DNA of 64,000 nucleotides from a virus, in IMG/VR virus record IMGVR_UViG_3300022188_000007, positions 64,001-128,000 of that record; one strand, given 5' to 3'. Below, in pieces: positions 8,868 through 20,800 of this stretch. Numbering within the stretch: position 1 is the first letter of the stretch; each line of letters starts with the position of its first letter. The translations under genes and the position numbers were made by a program. The notes beneath the pieces were generated by a model, which did no database searches, was not told the origin of the DNA, and saw only the letters and a list, made by a program, of their open reading frames with translations.

Positions 8868-11800
8868 TTGGTTAAAAAATATATATTCGAACATGCTTCA
8901 AATGAATCTAAAACATCTAGTAAGAGCGGAGGTTCTAAAGGCGTAGCGGTTGTAGAACTTTCCAAATCCGATCAAGCAAATCAGAAAAAAGTCCATGATG
9001 GCTTAAGAGAGATCAAGGAAGTATTAAAAAAACAAACTAAAGACACTTCTAGTAGCGCACTAATGCGCATGCTGGAAAAAGTCATAAAGGCTTCAGGCCA
9101 ATCTTCTAAGATAAGTTCGGCAGAACTTAAAACACTAGCCACAGCTTTCGCAAATGAACTCTCACGCAAGGGTTTTGGAGGGAGTGGTAGTGCTACAGTT
9201 TCCGGCCCACAGGGCAAAGCCTTAGATCCTAATATTATTGCTAAAGCAATAAGTAACCAAATAGCCCCAGCCCTGAAATCAGTTTTCAAATCTTTAGAGA
9301 CTAAAGATATTAAAATTGATCCTAAATCCCAAGAAGCTCTTCGTAAAGCGATGGAGTCTTCTGTATCTGATATTATCCCTTCAAAATTCTATAAAGTAAT
9401 AAATGACTTAAATTCTACACTTACCTCTGTGTTGGCGTTAAGTAAGACTAGCTTAAAGGCGTTTAATTCTGCAAAAGGAATGGCCTCTGACAAAGGCGGT
9501 CTTGAAGTAAAAGAGATTACTGGTTTTTATACTAATTTAAAAAAAGGAAGTAGCGAACTAAAAACTTTAGTAGGTCATATCAGTTCTCTTGTAAGAGAGG
9601 CAGATAAGCTTCCAGCTGAGCTTAGGGCTGCCGCCAAAGGTATGATAGACGCCGCCAGAGAAGCAAAAGATAAAACGGTACGTGGTGCTAGGGCGGTTCG
9701 TGAGGGAGCTCAAGTCCCTCAAGCCAAACTTGTTAAAGAGGTTACTAAACTTTTAGCTTCAGAGATAAAAAAACACACAACTGGTTCCACCAATCCAGCC
9801 GTCAACAATCTTATAAAAGCCCTTGATACTTTTAGTTCTAGCGCCGATGAGTTGACTAAATTAACTAAAGCACTTGATAATTTTGGAAAATCTATAGGCT
9901 CATTACAGTCAGACGGCGGAGTAGACCTAAAAGGCCTTCAAGGTGTATTGGGTAAGTTAGAAAAGACTATTAGTGCTATACCAACAGAAATTAAAGGTGG
10001 GGCTGTAAAAAGTGATGAGTGGAAGGATTTCATAGATCAGGCTAATAAAGTTATAAACACTGTAAAAACATTAGTTGTAAAGATTCAATTACCTAAAGAT
10101 GAAATAGATAGGTTCGTGAAACAGTTACCAGGTGAGTTTGACGTGGTAGCTAATATAGACATTTCTAATGTGCCTAAGGCTATAAAAGAAATAACTAAAC
10201 CGGTAGGTATACCAGTTAAGACTATCTTTTCTGCAGATGACATACAGAGGCGATTACGTTATGAGCATCCTGAAATTAGTGTAACCCAGCGAATCACAAC
10301 AGTTCATAAACAAGTCGAGGAATACCAATCTTCTAAGTCAGGTAAAGCCGTTAAAGAAGTTAGTTTACCTAATGCTAAGAGTGAAGCAGTTAAATTTTCT
10401 AAGGATCTTAATACTAGTGTAAATAATCTAATAAAAGTCTTAGAAGGGCTAAGTAAAGTTCATGCCACTGCTTACGGGAAACCGGTAGCTCAAGGATCAG
10501 CAGGAGATATAGCTAGTGATAGAATATCAGAGTTAATACATAAAATCCAAGACAAGAGAGGTAATACCTCTCAATTAAGGGAGTATGTAGATAAAACTCA
10601 AGGCCATGCCCATAAGACAGGAATACTTAGTCAGGCTGCCAGAGATGGGATTAAAGAGGTATATGAGATATTACACTCTACAACTGATGATGTTTTTAAT
10701 TCAGTTAAAAAATCTTCAGATCAAGCAACAAAGAATCTTGAGAGTGTAAGTAAGGCCTTTGATGCTGTAAATAAATCTTCGAAACAAATGGCAGACACCG
10801 CTAAAAATAATTTAGCTCAAACCCAACCATCTACAATACCTAGTAGTAGGCATGGAGCAACGTCAGTTAACACTGCCAGACAGGCACCTGCTTCTACTCA
10901 AAAGGAAGTATATAAATACTTTGAAGGTAATATCACACCTGGCAAGACAGCAAATATTGATGCAGGTAAGAAGTTAAATCTTGGAGAGGATTCTAGGAAG
11001 ATAGTTCAAGAGCATGTAAGCGGTTTAGCAAATTCGTTGTTAGACTTACAGTCGTATATGGTATCAACCCTTGAGAAAGAATTTGCTAAAGTACGTAAGG
11101 AAAGCAACTCTGGTAAAGATTGGAGGATAGTAGGTAAAACTGATACTGGCTCTATATCCGATTATTTTAAACTCACTGAAGGGTATAATCAAAAAACTTC
11201 AGGCAACGAGTATAGTTTTAAAATTGCGGATGTAAAAAATCTTAAGAGGGTTACTGGTAGTAAGACTAATGACCCCACAGCATTGATTAGTAAATTTAAA
11301 GAAGGGGTGTTTAAAGAGTTATTAGCTAAGAATGAAGCTACTATAGCAGAGTCAATTGGTAGATGGATGAAAAGGTTCTCAGAATCAGATATTTCTAGTT
11401 GGAAAGGGTTAGACTCTAGTACAGCAAGGCAATTAGCCGATATCAAATCTACCCATGATAAGGGACAAGGGACCGCACCATCCAAGAGGATGGTAGAGGC
11501 TATAAAGGGGTTAGGGGCTACAGACCCATCCGCCTTAAATAGAATATTTGAAAAGACAATTAGTGACATTGAAGCCACTCGTAGATTAGGCGAGAGAAAG
11601 TATGGCAGCTCAGTTCTAGTTAAGAAAATAGCTATACCAGCAGCTAAATTATCTGCAACTGGAGCGGCTACTATTGACACAGCTACTGGTAGTAAACGTA
11701 TCATTCCTAAATTTGCAACGTATAAAACCGGCTTTGAGAAGGTCTTCGAATCACTACAGAAAACTAAAACTTTTGATGTAGAGCAGGATTATCAAGGTAA

Positions 11801-14800
11801 AGTTAGGAAATTGGGAATCAGGCCTTCCGGCACCCAGTTTGAGGAAGCAAATAAAGTAGCTAAAGCAATGTTGATAGACCTAAGTAGGGTCAAGGATATT
11901 GTAAATGCTACAGGACAGACTACAGTGGATTCAGGCGCTGTTAGGGCTGATCTTGCTAAGCAACTAGAAACCTCCGTCGTATTAAAGGCAGGAAAATTAG
12001 AAAAATCAAAACACGTGACATCGGCTTCCGATGTATTAGCAAAAATAGACAAGAGTATTTATGCTGAGTTTGCTTCGGGCACAAAAACAATGGAAGAATT
12101 CATAGCTGCTACTTCTAAGGCCGGAGTATCTGCTTATGATCTAGTTAAAGGTATGGAGAGTATAGACTTTCAAAATATATACCAAATTTTTCAGAAGATA
12201 CTTGAGGGAACTGACTCTGTTAGTTCACCTCTTAAAGCTGTAGGAAAGAATCCAGATTTTTCTAAGAGTGTGAGGGATTTGGAATCTTATATTGGTAAAA
12301 TGGTGGGCACCATACCTATAGCGGACCCATCTCGCCCAAGACGGGCGTCTCATCAAGAAAAAGTAATTAATCTTATGAGTATGACCTCCCCTATTTACAG
12401 TCAAAAAGGTAAGGTAGGTACACAAGGATTGACCGCAGAAGGCCAGAAACAGTTCCTTAGAGATTTGAACTTATCTTTGCGGGAGTTTGTCAGGGATACA
12501 GCTATATTAAAAGATGCTGGTATGGGGCAGGGTAGATTACCCGCAGATGTTAGGACTCTATCTAGTTTGGGAGTACCTGAATCTCAAGCTGGAACTATAT
12601 CAGAATATAGAAAAGACGGTAGAAATGAAAATACGAAATATCTGGCTGCTCTTAATGCTACGACTGTTAAAATGTATTCTGATTCACTTTCAGAGATGGC
12701 TCCGTTTGGAGCACAATTTCAACAACTAGGTAGGAATATTTCCAACACTACTAATGCTATGGCATATAGACCTGGTGGAGGAGGGGTAGGGACAGACTTC
12801 CCAAGTTTACGTTCTGAGAGAGAAACTAAGTTGATCTCTGGCGGAAGGTACGGCGACAAAGGTTACGGTTTTAATGTTATAGCAGAGTTAAGAAACACCG
12901 CCTCTACTTTTGAAGATCAGATAGTAATATCAGGGAAGCTTGCTGATGTATTAACTTCTGTAACTAAGACTATAGTTCAACCAGATAAATTAGGTAGATT
13001 GAATTTAGTTGGTTCAGATGGCCAAGTGTCCTCATCACAGGAAGGTAGGGTAGGAGATATTAAACCTGATCAACAGTTAATAGGTGCTATTGAAACCGCC
13101 AATAAAGTATTTCAGGATGTTCTAGGAGTTAAACAAGAGTACAGAGGTAGAGCTGATAACGCACTTATCAAAGAGGTAACGAGTGCTTTAACTACCGTTA
13201 GAGGTAAAGATGTGCAAGTCCAGTCAGCCAAAATAGCTGAAACTTTTTTTAACCACTACGGTAGAAAGTTTACTACTAGGTATGGGTCCAAGGGTGTTTC
13301 TATAACAGCTCCTGGCGGTACAGGTGAATTAACAGGTAAGCAGTTAAAAGATTTATATGCGGATAAGAAAGTAAAAGTTTTAAGTAAGTCTGAAAGAGCT
13401 ACTGCTGGATTAGGGACTGTAGCTTTACCTAAAAGTATGGGACAATTAGTGCAGGAAATATATAAGGAGTATGCTAAAGAATTAGGACTATCTAACGCGG
13501 ATCTGGATGAGTCTCGTAAAGCGCTTATTAATAGTGGTAATAAATTCATGCTTAGTATGTTCACTGATTCATCCTTAGGGGTAGTTCCTGAAGGCAAAGA
13601 CGTAAAAGCACAACAGACTTTATTTACTAAAACAAAAAAAGCTTTAGCTAAGTTAGATTTTGATTTAGCTAAAGATATTAGCGGTATAGAGGGCTTAATT
13701 GAAGTTTATAAAGGAATGGATGGCTCTAAATTATATGAAGAAAAGCCTATAGATATTCGTATTAGTTCTCATGGTATTGCTAAGCGTGGACTTCAGGCTG
13801 AGAATCTAGAAGCTATAATGAATAATGTCATAGATGCTGGAGTTGCAGGTTCTACATCTTTAAAAACTAAATTTGACCCAAGTACTTATAAAAGATTATT
13901 GGGTACAGAAGAAGACACTACTGGTAAATTTCCAAGTCTTAGTGAGATTAGTAAGGCTTTAGGTTTTGAGAGTCAAGGTAATCCTAAAAAAAGAGGTCTC
14001 TTAGTCAAGGACATGATGAAACTACTTAAATCTAGAAATGTCCCGGGCACTGAGGATAAGTTACTAGCACAAGCCGGAAAACTAGCTGATTTGGAGATTG
14101 GATCTAGTTTCTATAGTGATATGCGAGATGAGTTTGGAAAGAGCAGGAAGAGCCTAATAGGGCCCAAATTCGTTGAAGTAATCGAAGACCCTAATGCAAA
14201 TCCAGCATGGAGCGAAACTGATATAAAGAAACAGGTAGCCGGCCAGAAGATAAATATACCTGCCTTCGGCGCTTATGCTACTGTATTTGGCGAGCAATCC
14301 CAATTCATTAAACAGATGACCTCATCTATTCCTTTAGACTCTAAGAAGCACTGGGAGTACTTAAAAGCTCTACAGGTATTAAATGATGACAGTTCAGAGA
14401 TGGCAACGCAGTTGTTATCCTCTGCTCAAGAGGTAGACGTAAGTAGTTTAAGAACCTTTACAAAATCTACTGGAAAATTTGTATCTAGAGCATCAATGTC
14501 TAATATAACTGAGATGCCTGAAGAAGATCAAGAGAGGGTTTTAAATGATACTATATTGGATATTGCAAAATTTCCTGGAGCAATGAATTTAAAAATACCT
14601 AGTACTAAAGATCCTTCTAAACGTGAATCTTTTTATGTACCAGGTGCATTAGCTCGTACTACTTACCCTGAACCTTCTTTGGCAGGAGAACGCGGCCTAG
14701 ATATGACGGCTCGTAGATTACAGGCAGTCGTAAACGCGGCAAAGAACGTAGACGAAGTAGCCGGCCAGTCAGATGAGTCAGGTAGTAAAAAGTTATGGAA

Positions 14801-17800
14801 TACTGTAGGTAGAATTAAGAAGAGATTAGCTGGTTATAGAGGGAGAGTTAAAGGGATAGTTGGGGAGTCTCCAGGTACTAAACAATTAACTTCTGGTGAG
14901 GTAGGTGAACTTGAAGGTATTTTAAGCACACTATTAGTTACATTAGATCAATCATCTGCCGATGAGAGAATGCTTTATAAGAATCAGCAGCATTTAAAGG
15001 GTGGTACTAGAGGTGATGTTATCAGAGCGTTTAAAGATAATAAATCTGGTGAAGGCAAATCACAGGCCCAAGTTTACCAAACTACTATAGATCAGGCTGT
15101 GGACCAACTTATAGGCCCGCAAGGAAGCCCCGACCCTAAAAATCCTCAGTGGGCCAGTAGGTATGACAAGCAGGCTAATGTATTAGGAGGTAAGGCTTAT
15201 AACGCTGGTCTAGCATCAGTAGAGCAGTTCGCCAAAAGCTTGAATGTACAACCATCTGATTCTGAAGATGACTTAAAGAAAGCCCTTCAATCATTAGAAA
15301 GAGCGAAAATTGAATACTATAATACCTTGGCTACTTCTGCTTTAGGTAAGACAGGTTCAGTACAAGAATTTCTATTTAATAGAAAAATGCCAGCAGTAAT
15401 GGGCAAAGCCATAAATGCTACAGTGGATAAAACAGAGGATCTAGATAATTTTAGTAAAGAACTGCTTTCAATCAGCTCGTCTGCTGGAGGTATAGGGGTA
15501 GATTTAAGTGCTTTAGAGGAAGCCTCTGAAAATATAAAAAAAATAAAAATAGAGCATGCTGAAAATGTGGAGAGTGCGCGTTCTAAAGGGATGCCTGTAT
15601 TAACTCAACATCAAGTTGGTATCCCTGAAAGTTACGCATCTAAGCTACCTACTAACTTTGCTAGAAGGTATGAGGTAGATGGAGGAACCGTACAAGAATT
15701 AAAAAAACCTATTTTTGAAAAATCTAATTTAGCTAAAATGTTGGATTATAGAGAAGAGATACAAGGAGCCCTTGATAATGTAGCCCCCGGTATGCGCTCT
15801 AAGATGGAAGCCTATTTGGAATCAGAGCTTTCTCCTTATTTAGAAAGTATGCGTTTCCCTGTCACAGGTGTAGCGTCTATTCAGCCATATGAAGCCAAGC
15901 TATTAAAACAAGGAGAAGGTCGTCAAATGACCAAACATACTTTAATGGCCCCAGGTATGCCAGAGATAGATATGGGTAAGTTTGATGCAGCTAAAAAACA
16001 AGTTGACTCAGTAATTGACGAACTAACCGAACAAAGAAAACTAGAGTATAAAGAAGAGTCCCCTGATCTGGAAAGAATAAATCAGTTAACTGCTACTATA
16101 GCCGCACTAGATAAGGCTATCTCTGATGTAATTCCTAAGTTTATAGCAGTCCAACAGAATCTAGATTTTGACGGTGATCAGATACAATTACACGCCGCTA
16201 AGACAGCTCTAGCGAGGCAAGAAATTTCACAACACTTTAAAACTATAACTGATTATGATAAGCAGGGAGGCACTACTGCTCAAGCTTTAAGAGACCAATC
16301 CACCTATAAAGCTTTAATACCATCTACAGAGAAATATACTTTAGCAGAACAGCAGATAGCCTTTTCAAAGAAGTTCCCAGAAAAAGAAGGGTTCGGTTTT
16401 ATGACTAAACCTTTCCTTACTGAGGGGCTAGATTATTTAAAACCTCAAGAACAACTAGATATTTTAAGTACTTTTCCTGGAGCTGGTGGAACAGAGAATA
16501 CCCCATTAACTGTTTTAAATAATCTATTACCAGAGCTTTTTAGAAATGAAAAACATATGGCTAAAATTGCCATGACATTGCAGGCAGTAAAACCGGAAGC
16601 CGGTAAAGATACCGCATCCAGTCAAGCGCTATTAAACGCATTAGCAAAAATGAAGCCGGTAGAAGACCAACCCAGTAGTGGTAGAGAAAAGGCCGTATTT
16701 GAAGAAGGTATAAAGACTAAGTTATATGATACTAAAATGACTAATGCTATTAATGCCAACTTTTTTAAACTTAATACCGGACAAGACACTGAAGCTCTGA
16801 ATAGGCAGTTGAAGTTATTTGAAAGAAACTTAGGGTACGGTGGCGGAGTTATACGACAGGGTGCTCAATATGAGCCTACTGCTAATTTAGCAAGTCGTTT
16901 TCCCCTAGACCTTAAATCCATGGGCAACACAATGGGGGAAGAACTACATACCATGATGAATGAGTTTTTACGTGTAGGGGTACAGAAAGGGCTGGATGTA
17001 AAACATGCTGGAGAGACCCCAATTGCTACTGAAATGGCAAATCTAATATCTAAAGGGTCCCCAGGCGTTTCAAGCTTAATAGAAAAGATAAATGCCGGAG
17101 AAGGCTCATACGGCGACCTTACTGATTTTGCAGAGGCAAATAAGAAATCCTTAGGGCGTAGATTAGGTGGTATGTCTACCGAAGATTTGTATCTTGATGC
17201 AGCCAGTATTGCTGGAGGTAGAGGTGAGTCTACTACTAAACTAGATCCAGGTAATAGAGAAGAGCTTAAAGAATACATCACTAAATCTATAGGATTTGAG
17301 GGCTTTCTTCACGAGCTGAGTAATCAAGTAATTGAAGCGGCGCATGAAGGGCTTATGAAGTCAGTTAGTGCTTGGTCCGATACCAAAAAACAAAAAGAAT
17401 TTAAAGGTAGTTCAGCAGAAGACTATGTAAAGGCTTCTATTAGAAAACAACTTAAGGGTGACGGTATTAATATATTGGATTCAGCGGAAAGTCCTCTAAT
17501 GCCTTTATATAAAATGAGGACCTCTGGCGCATCAGGCTATCAACAACGTGGTCTATATCAGGATAAATATGGTGACGTAGAGGCTCCTGAACTCGAAGGA
17601 ATCTTCCAAGGCAAAGAGGCTGATGCTTATGCCGCTAAGTATAAGGAAGCTAAAGCAGTAGCTAAAAATATACAGGATGCTCTTATAGACTTTAGTTCTA
17701 ATAAAGGTGGTAATAAGAAAGGCAGTTATTCAATGCTACTTGAAAGCAGTATAGAGAATATCTACGCTGATCAGAAAGAGATTATGAAGTTAGTACAGGA

Positions 17801-20800
17801 AATGACACTTGAGAAAGATAGAACTTCTTCAAGTGTAATGGATAGATTAAGTGGTGACGCACCTATGCATGGTTTTGCCAGGGAAGCTCTAGGTAAGAAG
17901 AACAGTAAAACTCAGAAAGAATTTCTAGAGAAATATAGTAGAATTGTAGGAGTTCCTAGCCTAGGTCAAGAATCCACAGCACTTCTGAAACAAGAGTATC
18001 TTCCTCAGGCAGCTTTCCTAGCTAATGCAGAGAAGGGGCCAGCACCACTTCAAGGTGAAACTACAGACGGAGCATATCAAGATATATTAGATGCCCATGA
18101 TAAAGCTGTAGATAAGTTAAAAGAACAATATCTAGCGGATGCTATAGTAATAGCTCAAACAGATAATATATTAAAAGCAGCCAAAACTAAAACAGGAGAA
18201 GCAACCTTTTTAACGCAACTACTCCCCACCTCTAAAGGTGATTATGCTAGTAAATCTTATGATGATCGTAGACAACGTATATCTCAAATCGCAAAGGAGA
18301 AAGTCCAAAGAGCTAATTTTGAACAACTCACTCATCCAAGAGGCTTAGAGAGAGATGCTTTTGGCAGATCAATGCCAAGTGGAGGAGGTCCAGGAGGTCC
18401 AGGAGCACTGAGCGTAGGTGGTACAGGGCCAATTGTGGACGTAAATATTGCTAGTGTTGCTGAAGGTGTAGGCGTCTTCCTAGGAAGGGCAGCCGGAATG
18501 GCCAAGACTACTGAGGATACTAGTCCTAGATTTACAATTTCTGAAGAATTAGAAAAAAAATTAGTAAGGGCTGAGGAGATAGTAGATGAGATTACCGGTG
18601 GTTTAAATAAGGCTACAGGTGATAGTTTTGCTAATAAATATAGAGCCAGTGGGTTAAAGGGAGGTCAAGGGCTAGACCAAATAAATGAAATTAAAAAACA
18701 GATGCAGGGCATCAAAGCGGGTAGGAAAGCCCGAGATATTCTAGATTCATCATCTTTACTAGGTACAGGCATTCATGCTAAACTAGAAGATAGTTATAAG
18801 AAGGAGTATATAACAGAGAGACCAGTCAGGTACGACTCAGTAGCTGGAGAAATCTCTGGCACAGTAGATGCAATTAAATATGATGATAATGAGATTGCTA
18901 CTCATATAGTAGATATTAAAACTACAAGTCAAAAGAACTACGACGATTTAAAACAAGCTGTAGCTAGATTCCAAGAAAAAACTGGTAAAGAAACTCCTAC
19001 ACTAGATGAGATAAAAGACTATGTAGGTAAGAATCTAAAAGATAGTAAATTAGGTGATGTAGCCTCTCAGCTGAATCTATATCTTGCTGCCACCAGTGAG
19101 GATGCTAAAGCATCCGCTCATTTCTATAGTAGAACTAACCCTGATCAAGAACCTATTAAGCTAGACCAGTTTTTTGATAAAGAGCGGCTAGATAATGATG
19201 TTGCTGCGGTAGGTCAAGCTAGAAGGGAGATTAAGTTGGAAGGCGGATCATTCGCTAAAACAGCTTCTTATACTGAAGCCGAAGAGATAGAAGTTTTACT
19301 GAAAAAGAAAGAAGTGGCCGAAGCAACTATAGCTGAATTAATAGCTACCAGTACAGAGTATTATACACTAGTAACAAAGCAGGGTCTCCGTGCAAGAAAG
19401 AATCTACCTTCAACAGGCGGCCTATCTGATAAAAGTTTAAATATGATAGGTACACGTGCTAGAGAATTTCAAGCACAGTCTGTTAAATTTGATGATATGG
19501 TTACAGCGAATCCTATAGCTGAAGGTCGAGAGACTTATAAAGTGCATCAGAACCTTAATGTGCTGCATGAGCGTGCTAAATATTTTCAACAAAAAGAGGG
19601 TTATGAAACGTCTGGTCCCCGGTTTGATAAAATGCACCCCCAGATCCAAGAAAGAGTAACGGAGCACGGCGAGAAGGGCCCAGGGGGCGCAGCCTTTAGT
19701 GCCCTAGTGACTGAGCTTAAAGATACTGGTAAAATTGAGGGCGGAGAGATTAATGCAGCATGGAAGGCATACAGATTAGCTGTGGGGGATTACTTTGTTA
19801 AAAAGATGGCTGCTGCAAGAAAGGAATTAGATAATACAGACCCAGGGGCTGATAATATAGTAAATGTTTTCGGTGCCTACCAGAAGTCTGTTCAAGCTTT
19901 TCAGGATTTTGCTAAGCATGGTCTAGGCAAACCTACAGATATTTATACTTATAATAAACAGTACTTACATGCAGAATCTGCAAGAGGGGCCGGAATTTAT
20001 ATGGATTCAGCTGCCCTTCAAAAAAAAGCATCTCAGCCTCTAGGAGAAGACCCCACATTACGTAATATCTTCCAAAATATGACTAATCTAGAGGGCGACT
20101 CGGTACCAATTCCTAGAGATTCTGTTAGGGCAGCATTGGAAGATTTAATGGATATGGATAGATCATTGATTAATCTTTATACAAATGCAGAAAAAGTAGC
20201 CCATATGGGCAAAGATATAAATCTAGGATGGAATTTTGATAAAGTAAAAGGCGGATTATCTAGATTAAGAGCAGCCCTAGACTTACAACTGAAACAACCA
20301 GTAGGTGAGCTTTATAATGAAGATCAGATAACCTATCTTAGAACAGTTTTAAAGGAATTAAAAGGACTGGAGACTATTTATATCAGCCTAGATCTGGATA
20401 CAGACTCTTTTAAGAATCCCACAGGTGAATATAAATTCCCGACTTTAGTTCCTGTACCGAAACAATTATCTAGAGACCAGCAGTCTGCCATGCATTACCA
20501 GAATATTGAAAAAATTAAAGGTCATTATAGAACACCAGAGGCAGAAGGTGGGGCCAGGGAAGGGGATTCCTTTGTTTATAATGCTAAGACTTTCGGGCCT
20601 AGCGGTAAACAGATGGATAACCAGAGATTTGTAATTTCTAAATACGGTGAAGCAATAAATAGTGCAGGGAAGTCTGTTCCAATTCTGAAAAGTAGGCTAG
20701 ATAACTTAAATAAATCCTTAGTGGACGGTAACAGAACTTTCAGTGTTGCTATAGAGAGAGTAGTTAAATGGGGCGCAGCCGCCACACTAGTTTATGGTGG

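Noticed and set aside
11630-17050. Host rpoB/rpoC genes or bacterial contamination
   Set aside because: The motifs are highly diverged, lie in one ORF continuous with a TMP core, lack Zn-binding Cys and sit in a phage tail operon.
18640-19230. CRISPR-associated Cas4
   Set aside because: No Fe-S cysteines, no cas genes or array nearby; treated as a generic RecB-like PD-(D/E)xK domain.
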